NCBI GenBank assembly: GCA_040755995.1 | Contig: JBFMAF010000035.1 | Location: 1 to 64,000, forward strand | Source: Acidobacteriota bacterium | GTDB lineage: Bacteria; Acidobacteriota; CAIWXX01 | Direction: 5' to 3' | DNA length: 64,000 bases | Part shown: one piece after another, positions 9,808 to 19,021 of the stretch | How the letters are laid out: each line of letters begins with the position of its first letter | Position numbering within the stretch: the stretch's first letter is position 1 | Program-made: the position numbers and the translations under genes | The notes under the pieces: model-generated | Told to the model about the DNA's origin: nothing | Database searches by the model: none | Seen by the model: only the letters and a program-made list of their open reading frames with translations

Positions 9808-10953
9808 ATGCCCAGAATCAATGTGATGATCCTCAACGATCACATCGGGTATGGTCATTACATCCACGGCGCCGCCCGGCTGTTCCGCCTCTGGGCCATG
9901 TACATGAATCCGGAAAGATACAGCCCGATGGTCTGCATACTGCGAGAGAAGACTGAGGTGAGCCGGGCGTTCGAAGAACAGAACATAGGGATCGAGTTCC
10001 TCGGGAAGGGGAAGTTCGCGCCGACCACACTGCCGGCGCTGCTGAAGGTCATCCGCCGCAAGAAGATCAACCTGATGCACGTGCAGGCATACGGAGGGAG
10101 CACGTTCGGGCGGATTGCGAGCCTTATCACCGGAGTACCTGCCATCGTCCACTTCCACGACACCAACCCGTATTACCCGCTCGTCCAGAGGATCACGGAC
10201 CGGTTGCTGGCGCCGGTCGGCGCGCGATATCTCGCGGTCTCCAGTGCCGTGCGAGACTTCTACGCGCGGCGATGCGGGCTGGATGCGGGCAAGATGGATG
10301 TGCTTTACAACTGCTATTCAGCCGACGAGTTCCAGCCGGCGAGCCCAGACGCGGTTTCGGCCCAGAGGCAGCGCCTCGGAATCCCCGCCGGCTACCGTGT
10401 CGTTGGAACGGTGACGCGGCTGCATGAAGAGAAGGGGAATCGGTACTTCGTCGAGGCCATGCCTCGAATCTTCGCCGCGTCCCCGAAGACGGCGTTTCTG
10501 ATCGTAGGCGATGGACCGCTGCGAGCTGATCTCGAGAAACTCGCGGCGGCTTTCGGTGTTGGAGATCACGTGAAGTTCACGGGCTACACGGAGGATGTGG
10601 CATCGATCCTTGGCACGTTCGACGTCTCCGTGATGGCGTCGATACGCGAGGGAGGCAGCCCGCTGCCGGTGATCGAGGCGATGGCTATGGGCAAGCCCGT
10701 GGTGGTGACCGACCTTGTGGAGATCGTGGAGGACGGTGTCGCCGGATTCGTAGTGCCGCCGTCCGATCCGGAGGCGCTGGCGGAGCGGGTCTTGCGGCTG
10801 CTGAAGGATCCCGACGAGGCATCGAGAATGGGGCAGCGCGCGCTTCAGGCAGCCCAGAAGTTCACAATCCAGAACTACATGCGGCGTCTGGAAGCGATCT
10901 ACGACGAAGTGCTCGCCTCGCGGCGGCGGCGCGGCCGGCAGCGCAGCGGCTGA
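9808..10953 (+). CDS. Glycosyltransferase family 4
   Basis: VTRLHEEKG, IVGDGPLR, EGG..VIEAMAMGKPVV. Confidence 0.9.
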   Translation: MPRINVMILNDHIGYGHYIHGAARLFRLWAMYMNPERYSPMVCILREKTEVSRAFEEQNIGIEFLGKGKFAPTTLPALLKVIRRKKINLMHVQAYGGSTFGRIASLITGVPAIVHFHDTNPYYPLVQRITDRLLAPVGARYLAVSSAVRDFYARRCGLDAGKMDVLYNCYSADEFQPASPDAVSAQRQRLGIPAGYRVVGTVTRLHEEKGNRYFVEAMPRIFAASPKTAFLIVGDGPLRADLEKLAAAFGVGDHVKFTGYTEDVASILGTFDVSVMASIREGGSPLPVIEAMAMGKPVVVTDLVEIVEDGVAGFVVPPSDPEALAERVLRLLKDPDEASRMGQRALQAAQKFTIQNYMRRLEAIYDEVLASRRRRGRQRSG

Positions 10954-11099
10954 GCAGTAGCCGTGTCGCATGCATGTCCTATCCGCTGGCACGGAGCTAA
11001 GCCCGCGAGTAGCGCGCCGCGCTGGAGTGCGGACGTATACATGCGAGCGTCAGGTGTGCCTTCTTGCGATGCACTGTGTTATTATGTACACAGGAGGCG

Positions 11100-11363
11100 A
11101 TGAACATGCCCCAGACAACTACGATGACAATCAGGCTTCCGGAGCCCGTAATGGCTCGGCTGGCCCAACTCGCTAAGGCGACAGACCGGACGAAGGCCTA
11201 CCTGGCAAGTCGAGCCGTCGAGGAGTACGTAGGCGTGCAGGAATGGCAGGTGAGTGCCATAGAGGAGGCCGCGCACGAAGCGGACTCCATGAAGGCTCGC
11301 TTTCTAGACCACGGAGAGGTCGTGCGCAGGATCCGGAGGCTGGCGGCGAGGAAGAAGAAGTGA
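11100..11363 (+). CDS. CopG/ribbon-helix-helix antitoxin
   Basis: TMTIRLP...LAQLAKATDRTKAYLA RHH pattern; AGGAGG RBS; overlaps toxin start. Confidence 0.85.
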   Translation: MNMPQTTTMTIRLPEPVMARLAQLAKATDRTKAYLASRAVEEYVGVQEWQVSAIEEAAHEADSMKARFLDHGEVVRRIRRLAARKKK

Positions 11364-11638
11364 GGATACGTTGGCTGTCTCGAGCGGCTGACGATCTGGA
11401 GGGCATCTTCGATCATATCTCGCGCGACAGCCCAATGGCGGCCGCGGACGAAGCGGGGAAGGTGCTTGATGCCATTGCGCACCTGGGTGAGCATCCCGCG
11501 TTGGGCCGCGCCGGGAGGGTTCCCGGGACACGGGAGCTGGTGGTATCGAGCTACGTGGTGGCGTATCGGGTCAGGAATGATGCAGTTCAGATACTCCGCA
11601 TCCTCCACGGAGCCCGGAGGTGGCCTAAGAAGCTATAG
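11360..11638 (+). CDS. RelE/ParE family type II toxin
   Basis: IRWLSRAADDL, HPALGRAGRVPGTRELV, VQILRILHGAR; GTG overlapping antitoxin stop. Confidence 0.9.
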   Translation: MRIRWLSRAADDLEGIFDHISRDSPMAAADEAGKVLDAIAHLGEHPALGRAGRVPGTRELVVSSYVVAYRVRNDAVQILRILHGARRWPKKL

Positions 11639-11662
11639 CGCCATCGCGGCTCAATCGCCGGG

Positions 11663-11896
11663 TTATTGAGCTGAGAGGTAATCCTGCAACTGTAGAATTC
11701 TTATTCCCGGGATCGTCGGAAGGGCTCTGTCGTTCGTGAGGATAACAGCGCATCCCTCGCCGAGCGTCTTCTTCGCCGCCGCTAGCTCGGCCTCGGGCGG
11801 CTTCTGACACCCGGTGCCCGTGATGACTGCGACGGCTACCAGGAACGGGATCGCGATTGCGAGGCGGCGAATCCGCCACTCGTTGGACGTGTTCAT
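11663..11896 (-). pseudogene. Chimeric remnant: lipoprotein N-terminus fused to PIN/VapC toxin C-terminus
   Basis: Signal peptide and lipobox (GTG-C)QKPPEAELAAAK, then LGEGCAVILTNDRALPTIPGIRILQL typical of PIN C-termini. Confidence 0.55.
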
Positions 11897-12040
11897 CAGC
11901 TCCTCCCCGTGGGTCTGCCGGCGGTATCTCAGACCCGGCCGTCACTCGGAATTCAGCCTCTCCGGGAACTTGCCAGGGATTCCGCGAGGGCGTGTCAAGA
12001 CCGGCTCGTCACGAGCCCCGCATCTGGCGACTGCGCGTTC

Positions 12041-12069
12041 AATATAGGTCTTTGGGGTCATCGTGTCAA
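12041..12069 (-). promoter_or_regulatory. Near-consensus sigma70 promoter
   Basis: TTGACA-17 nt-TATATT on the minus strand. Confidence 0.7.
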
Positions 12070-12156
12070 CGATTGACGTTGAGTTCTTCGATGGGGGCAC
12101 GACGACGAAGACGGCCGAACATTGGCCCAGTACCACTACCGGGGTATACTAACAAT

Positions 12157-12387
12157 ATGGCGTTTCGCCGGCGGCTGATATCGACTCTGAAGGCCTTCCG
12201 GCCCGTGCTGGAGGAAGCCGGCGTGCTGGTCGTCGGCTCGCAGGTCCCTAACCTGCTGGAACCTGGAGCAGCTTCCACTCTTGTCGTCTCACAGGATGTC
12301 GACATCGGTGTGCCTGTCTCGGTTCACGACAAGATCAAGCGACGTCTGAAGGAAGTGGTGGGGTTTCATCCATCGACCGATAATTGA
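12157..12387 (+). pseudogene. Truncated nucleotidyltransferase-fold protein (GSU2403-like)
   Basis: VLVVGS...SQDVDI motif; stops after 76 aa; TTGGCC-17-TATACT promoter ends 6 nt before ATG (leaderless). Confidence 0.55.
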
Positions 12388-12659
12388 CTCCTTCGAAGAG
12401 GATCTTCTTCGTGCCGGAGGATCGTCTGGCCGAGATGACCGGCCGGCAGGAAATACCAGTGCGGCTGAGCCCCGCCCTACTCGCAGCTCGAAACCTCGCC
12501 CTGGTAAGATTCCCTGACGAGTAGGTGCACCGCAGTCCGCCTGGGGCCAGGTGTCGCGGGTTCCAGCTACCGGCGCAGGCGGAGGGCTGCACCGGCACAG
12601 CCCTCGTATTCCGGGCCTTCGGCGCGCCTCCGCGCCGAACAAGTTACGCCGGAGTCCCG

Positions 12660-13196
12660 CTACTTCGCCTTGGGCGGATAGTTCTTGAAGAGCTTTTCCA
12701 TCCCGTTGTTCACGGTCTTGTCGAGCTTTTCGGGCGAAGCCTTCGGATCGATCGTGCCGCTGACGACGCCGCGCCAGACGATCTCCTTCTTCGCGGCATC
12801 AACGATGTCGACGATTATCTGTCCGACCAGTATCTTGTTTATCGAGGTGTGCGCGCTGCCGAACCCGCCGCCCCATCGCCAGCCGCCCCAGCCGCCGGTA
12901 TTCCACGTGTCCATCGACAGCTGCGTGTCCACTGCCGCATGATACGCGACGCACAGATTCGGCGTGGCATCCGCGTCGGCCGGTATGAGACCCTTAGCGG
13001 TGAGCTGCGTGTTGATGGCCCCCGTTATCCTCTGGTCCATGAGGGGGTTGGCCGCCTTCGTGCCCTCGGTCCACGAATATGTCTTGTATGCTGCGAAATC
13101 GGTACCCTTGGCGTAGTCGTATGTCACGTCCTCGGCAAGGACCGGAACCGACGTTGTGAGCGCAACCGCAACCACCGTCCAGACTAGAGTCCTCAT
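12660..13196 (-). CDS. DUF4136 family exported protein
   Basis: Signal peptide, DFAAYKTYSW, GQIIVDIVD...IVWRG, FKNYPP; AAAGGAG RBS. Confidence 0.85.
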   Translation of the reverse strand: MRTLVWTVVAVALTTSVPVLAEDVTYDYAKGTDFAAYKTYSWTEGTKAANPLMDQRITGAINTQLTAKGLIPADADATPNLCVAYHAAVDTQLSMDTWNTGGWGGWRWGGGFGSAHTSINKILVGQIIVDIVDAAKKEIVWRGVVSGTIDPKASPEKLDKTVNNGMEKLFKNYPPKAK

Positions 13197-13279
13197 GTAG
13201 TCAACTCCTTTCAAACCAACCGCAGCATCTTACAACTACCCAGCCGCCTAATCCAGCGGAGCGAGTCGATTCCTCGCGC

Positions 13280-13566
13280 TCACTCGCCCTGCTTCGGACC
13301 GGACCCGCGAATGCGCGCGAGGTGGAATGCCTCGGGATAGTCGTTCGTCCACAGCCAGGCGTGGATCTCTGACTTCTTGTTGGGCAGGAATTCGGCAACG
13401 AGCGCTTCGAACTCGCGCGCGCTCGTACGCCCCGCTGCGAACAACTTCCCCGCGAGCTCGAAGAACCGCTGCCGTCCCATCGCGACGCCCGTGGAATCGT
13501 CCCGCCTGCAAGCAGCGGCGCTGCGAGCACGGCGCAGACGAAAGATGTGAGTGCAGCCTGCCTCAT
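13280..13566 (-). pseudogene. Internally deleted exported-protein gene (signal peptide joined out of frame to a possible peptidase C-terminus)
   Basis: AAGGAGG-ATG MRQAALTSFVCAVLAAPLLAG, then in another frame MGRQRFFELAGKLF...IHAWLWTNDYP. Confidence 0.4.
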
Positions 13567-13794
13567 GCGGCCTCCTTGTGTCGTCGATGGTTCGCATCCC
13601 CTTGAACCACAATGTGCCCTCTCCGTCAATTCTCGGTACGAATCGAACGTGATGCAGGTTCCTTTCTACGATCGGTGGGCGGACCCGGTGCTCGCCCCGA
13701 TCCCGGCCTTGATATGGAGACGCCCTCCGGGGGCGTGTGCCGGGAGCTGATGGGATATCCATAACGAGGTCGAAACGAGCCTTGGAGAGCCTCG

Positions 13795-14871
13795 CTATAG
13801 CTGGTTGCTCCTCTCCACTGGATACCCGGCCGGACCATTCCACTGTCTCGACTTCTCCACGCAGGTCGTGTTCCAATCCATCATCCCGAACTTCATGTCG
13901 ATGGCTCGATAGCCAAGCAAGCTGAGCACCGTTGTGGCCAGCTGTCCTGTCTGGCCGTTCTCCGAGTACACAATCACGGTTCTGTTGGGATCGAGCTTCC
14001 TCAGATTCGCGGCTTCAGCGGCTCCCACCAAGGGGATGTTGATGGCATGTGGAACGTGGCCGATCTCATATTCTCTCTCTGATCTGACGTCGAGAATCTG
14101 GTACTTGCCCCCGCTGTGCTGCCAATCGTCGACAATCGCCTTGACATCAGCAGATGCGATGACGGGAGACCCTTCCCCGGCGAGGTACTTCGCCGCCTGC
14201 TCCCTGATGATTGCTCTGGCATCGGTCGACCGGCTCTCGATAGCCGGTGAAGGAAACGAGCCCTCCGGGCTGTCCTGTATGACCTCCACATCGTAGTCAG
14301 CCTTCTGGTCCCATGGTTCCTTGACGAGGGCATCCAGATTCCAACCCATCATACCGAAGTTGAGGCTTCGACATTGGTATCCGAGGAGACTGAGGATGGT
14401 GCTGCTGATCATGCTCCCATGACCGTAGTAGCAGTAGAGGATGATCGTCTTGTTCGGGTCCAGCGAGGCGATGTTCTCATCCTTGACACTGTCGACCCAA
14501 TAGGTATTGGCCGCATGTGGGATATGGCCGGCCTTGTCGTAGTCGTCCGGTTTCCTCACGCTCACTATCTGAAACTTCTCTTTCTGTTGACTCCAGTCAT
14601 CCAGGATCGTCTCCTTCAGTGAGGCGGACGACATAATGAAGTTGTCGACATCCAGTGCTGACAGCCAGGCCTGCGCATGGGCACGGATCGTTTCAAACTT
14701 CTCGGAAGTCTCTCCACCGCCGGCCTGGTCTCTGATTTCCTGATGCACGACTTCGACTTCTACCCTCGACATCTCCAGCATAGGCTCGGCGGCCCCTGCC
14801 AGGAGAGCCAGCAGGTGCAGGGACAACATCGCGATCGGAAAGGCTCCGCAAGAAAGCGTATTCATGGCCAC
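13795..14871 (-). CDS. Exported tandem rhodanese-domain protein
   Basis: Two units of (S/D)VR...GH(I/V)PHAxN...Y(C/S)xxG...GMMxW; AAGGAGG RBS; signal peptide. Confidence 0.85.
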   Translation of the reverse strand: MAMNTLSCGAFPIAMLSLHLLALLAGAAEPMLEMSRVEVEVVHQEIRDQAGGGETSEKFETIRAHAQAWLSALDVDNFIMSSASLKETILDDWSQQKEKFQIVSVRKPDDYDKAGHIPHAANTYWVDSVKDENIASLDPNKTIILYCYYGHGSMISSTILSLLGYQCRSLNFGMMGWNLDALVKEPWDQKADYDVEVIQDSPEGSFPSPAIESRSTDARAIIREQAAKYLAGEGSPVIASADVKAIVDDWQHSGGKYQILDVRSEREYEIGHVPHAINIPLVGAAEAANLRKLDPNRTVIVYSENGQTGQLATTVLSLLGYRAIDMKFGMMDWNTTCVEKSRQWNGPAGYPVERSNQL

Positions 14872-15315
14872 GCGCCTCCTTCTACCACCCTACGCCCCGA
14901 ACCGCCTGCCACGCAAGTGAGATCGTGAGATGGGACGGGCCGGACGGGCCGTAGGCCCGAGGGGACCAGCGGGCTCGACGGAGACGCTGCCATTCCGCTG
15001 TGCGCCCGAACGTCGCGGAAGCGGACGCTGCGGCATGCGGTTATCCCTTCACATGAGCGCCCACCTCAACGAACAAAGAGGACGGTGCCGCCGGGTCACG
15101 AACACTGTTTTCGATTTCGATTGGCCTTGACATACACGTTCCGAGCGATAATTATCTACTGGGGCAGTAGGGATTTCGGGCGATTGTGGTTTTCTCAGTG
15201 TCAATGTGGGCCTCCAAGACATTCGTCGGCATAGGGACTAACGGCAACAGGTAGACGAGCCGGAGTCATGTCTCAGCCTCGGTCGCTCCCGGAGGTCCAG
15301 GATGGAGGACGTGCC

Positions 15316-17016
15316 ATGGGGAGGCAATGCGGGGCGGTTTCGCGGGGACGGCGGCGTTTCTGCGCAGTTGGTATCGCAGTATCTGCGGTACTCGCATTCC
15401 AAATGATGTGTACGGTTCAGCTACCGGCGGAGGATCGAGATGCGTCCGCAGTAACCCGGCTCGCTGCGGTAATTGAGCGGCCCGCAAAGTCGCTTCCAAG
15501 CGCCTCCGGGGCAACCGATGGGATGCTTGCCTGGAACACCTTCTTGGGCAACAACTCCAATGGTGAGGGCCATGGCATCGCTGTGGACGCTACAGGCCAG
15601 GTGTACGTGGCGGCAGGCAGCGATGCCAGCTGGGGGTCGCCCGTGAGGCCCTTCACGGGGGGCTACGACGCTGTTGTAGTCAAGCTATCGAGCGACGGAT
15701 CCCTCGCCTGGAACACGTTCTTGGGCGGCGTGGGCTTCGACTACTGCACCGGAGTCGCCGTCGATGCAAGCGGCAACGTGTATGTGGTGGGCAACAGCAG
15801 TGCCGCATGGGGATCGCCGATTCGGGGATACACCGGGTCGGGCGACCTCTTCGTAGCCAAGCTCGCGGGCGACGGGTCGCTGATCTGGAACACCTTTCTC
15901 GGAGGCGGATCGCCGGACGCCGAAGGAGGGATCGCGACCGGACCCGGCGGCAGCGTGTGTGTTTCCGGCGCAAGCTCCGGCACCTGGGGCTCACCTGTTC
16001 GAGGGTACACCGCGGGCACCGACGGGTTCGCAGCGATGCTCGGCGGCGACGGCTCGCTCGTCTGGAATACGTTCTTGGGCGGCGGCAGCACAGACTACTG
16101 CGCTTCAGTGGCTGTGGATGTCAGCGGCAACGTCGGCGTCTCGGGTGCGAGCTGGAGCACCTGGGGCTCGCCAATTCGCGGATACACCGCCAGTACCGAT
16201 GGATTTGTGGCCAAGCTCCTGACCGACGGATCGCTCGCATGGAACACCTTCTTGGGCGGCGGCGGTGGGGACCTGGCGTCGGGCATGGCCGCAGACCCGA
16301 GCGGCAATTTCTACGTTGCGGGTCCCAGCAGTGCCTCCTGGGGATCACCCGTCCGTGCGTTCACAACGACGCAGGACATATTCGCAGCCAAAGTCGCCGC
16401 GACGGGAACTCTCGTTTGGAACACCTTTTTGGGCGGGAGCGCAAACGAGTTCTCCGGCGCAATCGCCGTGGACGGCAGCGGAAACTCCTACGTCGTTGCC
16501 AACACAAGCGGGAGCTGGGGATCTCCGGTCCGGCCGTTTACGGCGATGGAAGACGCCTGGGCCGCGAAGCTCGACGGCGCCGGCTCGGTCGTCTGGACCA
16601 CATTTCTCGGCGGTACCGACGACGATCCTGGGTACGCCGTCGCCGTGGACCGCTGCGGGAATGTCTACGTGACCGGCGACAGCTACGCCACGTGGGGCTC
16701 GCCAGTGCAGCCGGTCACTGCGGGGTTCGAGAACATCTTCGCTGCCAAGATCGCATCCTCCAACTGTCCCATCATCACCTCGATCAGGAGCAAGACGAGC
16801 AAGCCCGGCGCGGCCGCGACGATCTTCGGGTTCAATTTTTCGGCGGACAAGTCGAAGGACAAGGTGCGCTTCGGCAAGTACAAGGCGGACGTTTCGAAAG
16901 CCAGCACGACCAGCCTGAAGGTGAGAATCCCGCGGAAGAGCAAGAAAGGTCCAGCTGACGCATACGTGACCGTCAACGGTGTCAGGAGCAACACCGTCAG
17001 GTTCCAGGTGAAGTAG
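15316..17016 (+). CDS. Secreted SBBP-repeat beta-propeller protein with C-terminal IPT/TIG domain
   Basis: Seven WNTFLGG-type repeats at 177-nt spacing, AVDxSGNVYVxG motifs; GGAGGA RBS. Confidence 0.88.
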   Translation: MGRQCGAVSRGRRRFCAVGIAVSAVLAFQMMCTVQLPAEDRDASAVTRLAAVIERPAKSLPSASGATDGMLAWNTFLGNNSNGEGHGIAVDATGQVYVAAGSDASWGSPVRPFTGGYDAVVVKLSSDGSLAWNTFLGGVGFDYCTGVAVDASGNVYVVGNSSAAWGSPIRGYTGSGDLFVAKLAGDGSLIWNTFLGGGSPDAEGGIATGPGGSVCVSGASSGTWGSPVRGYTAGTDGFAAMLGGDGSLVWNTFLGGGSTDYCASVAVDVSGNVGVSGASWSTWGSPIRGYTASTDGFVAKLLTDGSLAWNTFLGGGGGDLASGMAADPSGNFYVAGPSSASWGSPVRAFTTTQDIFAAKVAATGTLVWNTFLGGSANEFSGAIAVDGSGNSYVVANTSGSWGSPVRPFTAMEDAWAAKLDGAGSVVWTTFLGGTDDDPGYAVAVDRCGNVYVTGDSYATWGSPVQPVTAGFENIFAAKIASSNCPIITSIRSKTSKPGAAATIFGFNFSADKSKDKVRFGKYKADVSKASTTSLKVRIPRKSKKGPADAYVTVNGVRSNTVRFQVK

Positions 17017-17211
17017 AAAGCCGGCGAAGCTCCTTCAGGCCGTCCATTGGATAAGCGCCGATGCCATCGGCCAGAGATCAACTGTGGCCGAGGTGTGCAA
17101 ACGCCGCGTCGGCGCAATCGTACCCTGGTCGCGACCGAGGTGCGAAACGCGCTGACCAATTGGACTTGCAACCACGGGCGATCGCATCGAGGTCGAGCGC
17201 GCACATGCGGC

Positions 17212-18993
17212 TCAATTCACTGTCGCGTAGAGATTCTCGATGGGATGGAGGCGGAGGAAGTAGGTCCCTTGAGGGAAGAAGGTCACTTCCAGAAGCGCAC
17301 CGGAGGTCTGCGGGTCGAGCTGGTCGAAGATGAAATTGCCGAGCGAATACGCCTCACAGAACTCCATCGTGCAACTGAGATCCGACGCGCAGTGCGGGTG
17401 GCTGCCCAGGATGAGCTCGACGCCTCGCTGACGCAGAGCAACCGATAGTGCGTCTTCCCGCGGTCCTGGGCGCCTGGAGTATTCCTCCCCCCAGTGAAGG
17501 AAGGCGAAGACGGGTGCGCGAGTAGTTGTCTGGGTAGATCCGCAGGGAAAGGAATGCGCGCTTACTGCGGAAGGCTTCCCCGCGATCGCACGCAGGTCCG
17601 CCTCGGTGAGGCACTGAGACCTCGGTATCGGTTGGTTGCTGATGTCGCTGAAGGAAGCCACGCGGAAGCAGCCGAAGTCGGTGACCTGCGCATTCTGCAG
17701 CAGATCGATTCCGGCCGCTCGCAGCCTGGTGACCATCTCCTGCGCGGCCTCCGCTCCATAATCCAGAGAGTGATTGTTCGCAATGCTCACGGCCGCTATG
17801 TTCATCGCCTTGAGGAGTGGGACCGCCAGGCCGGCCTCCATACAGAGCCCATGAGCTCCGGGAGCCTCCGGGCAGCGCTCCATGACGACGCCTTCGAGGT
17901 TCACGATGAGAGGAGCGCCCCCGGTCAATCGAAGGACCCGCGCCACAAGATCGCCGGCGGCTTTCGATTGGGGAGTGGCGACGGGAATCGATCCGTTGGA
18001 GAGGTCTGGGGCCGGGCTTGGACCGGGAGTCGACCTGCCGTCAGTGAGGGCCCGGGCAACGAACCGTCCGAAGAATGTGTCGCCCGCGAATAAAACCCGG
18101 CACGCCGCATCCGCGCTCACGGAAGCACAGCTATAGACCTGTACAATGTAACTCGTCGTGCGGGCCAGCCTTTCTCTTGAGTACTTCTGCGAGTTCTCGG
18201 ATGCGATAACCGACGGCCTGGCGCCGTGAACGTCGAGCTGTAGCCGGAGCTGTAGATACTGCGCGCCGCGCGAGTCGAGGTGCGCGGGCTGATCCAGAAG
18301 AGCCACCTTCGCTGGATCGCCCGTGGCCAAGATCCGCAGAGTCTCCTGGTCTTTCCGGCAGGCATCCTCGAACGGAAAATCGTGCGAGAAATCGGTGCTT
18401 TGGACGATGAGAGTATCCGGAGTGACCAGAGGCAGTAGAACCTCCGCCAGCGAGCTCCAATGGCTCATCGTAGATGTCGGTCGAATCGCCACTGGCACAA
18501 CCTCGGCCTGCGGGAAGTGGTAGGCGATGAACGGGAGCACCGCCTGAATGCCATGCTCGGCGTAGAAGAGATCGGACTCCGAAACCAGGGGACTCAGCAG
18601 GACCTTCTCCACTGCTTCGCAATCTGTGCCGACCGGTCCCAGCGCGGTCTGGAAGCTCCTGCGCGTGGCGGCGAAAGGCGTAGCGCTCCGCCGGAAGTGG
18701 TCCGGCGACAGAATGATCACGCGGTCGAATCGCTGGCCCCGGACCGAAGCGAACGCCAGCGAGATCAGGTCCGCGGCCAGCAGGTGATGCGGGACCGTGA
18801 TCCCGGTAACCCGCTGCGACAGAGACGGCGGCGAGCTCATCCTGATGGCGTCGAGAAACGGGCGCTTCTCCCGGTACAGCGCGGGAATCGGCGCCTCTTC
18901 AGCCCGCAGCCCGTGCCCACACACAGCCAGAAACGCGATCGGCAGCAGCGTCCGGATTCGCGGTCGGCCGGACCTCCGTGGCGCCGGGCTCAC
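17212..18993 (-). CDS. MEMO1 (AmmeMemoRadiSam protein B)-like domain fused to CapA/PGA_cap metallophosphatase domain
   Basis: VPHH, LSPDH, EHGI, STDFSH, then FAGD, NLEG, ANNHSLDYG, LHWGEEY, GSHPH, AYSLGNFIFDQ; start approximate. Confidence 0.85.
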   Translation of the reverse strand: MSPAPRRSGRPRIRTLLPIAFLAVCGHGLRAEEAPIPALYREKRPFLDAIRMSSPPSLSQRVTGITVPHHLLAADLISLAFASVRGQRFDRVIILSPDHFRRSATPFAATRRSFQTALGPVGTDCEAVEKVLLSPLVSESDLFYAEHGIQAVLPFIAYHFPQAEVVPVAIRPTSTMSHWSSLAEVLLPLVTPDTLIVQSTDFSHDFPFEDACRKDQETLRILATGDPAKVALLDQPAHLDSRGAQYLQLRLQLDVHGARPSVIASENSQKYSRERLARTTSYIVQVYSCASVSADAACRVLFAGDTFFGRFVARALTDGRSTPGPSPAPDLSNGSIPVATPQSKAAGDLVARVLRLTGGAPLIVNLEGVVMERCPEAPGAHGLCMEAGLAVPLLKAMNIAAVSIANNHSLDYGAEAAQEMVTRLRAAGIDLLQNAQVTDFGCFRVASFSDISNQPIPRSQCLTEADLRAIAGKPSAVSAHSFPCGSTQTTTRAPVFAFLHWGEEYSRRPGPREDALSVALRQRGVELILGSHPHCASDLSCTMEFCEAYSLGNFIFDQLDPQTSGALLEVTFFPQGTYFLRLHPIENLYATVN

Positions 18994-19021
18994 GACTGGT
19001 TCCCGTGCCGTGCTTTCGTTT

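Noticed and set aside
12385..12387. TGA in the nucleotidyltransferase fragment as selenocysteine
   Set aside because: No redox-motif context, and the downstream in-frame sequence is not protein-like; better explained as a truncation
15526..16760. 177-nt periodic repeats as a CRISPR array or DGR template/variable pair
   Set aside because: They are in-frame protein repeats with synonymous divergence; no spacers, no adenine-specific differences, and no RT or cas genes in the window
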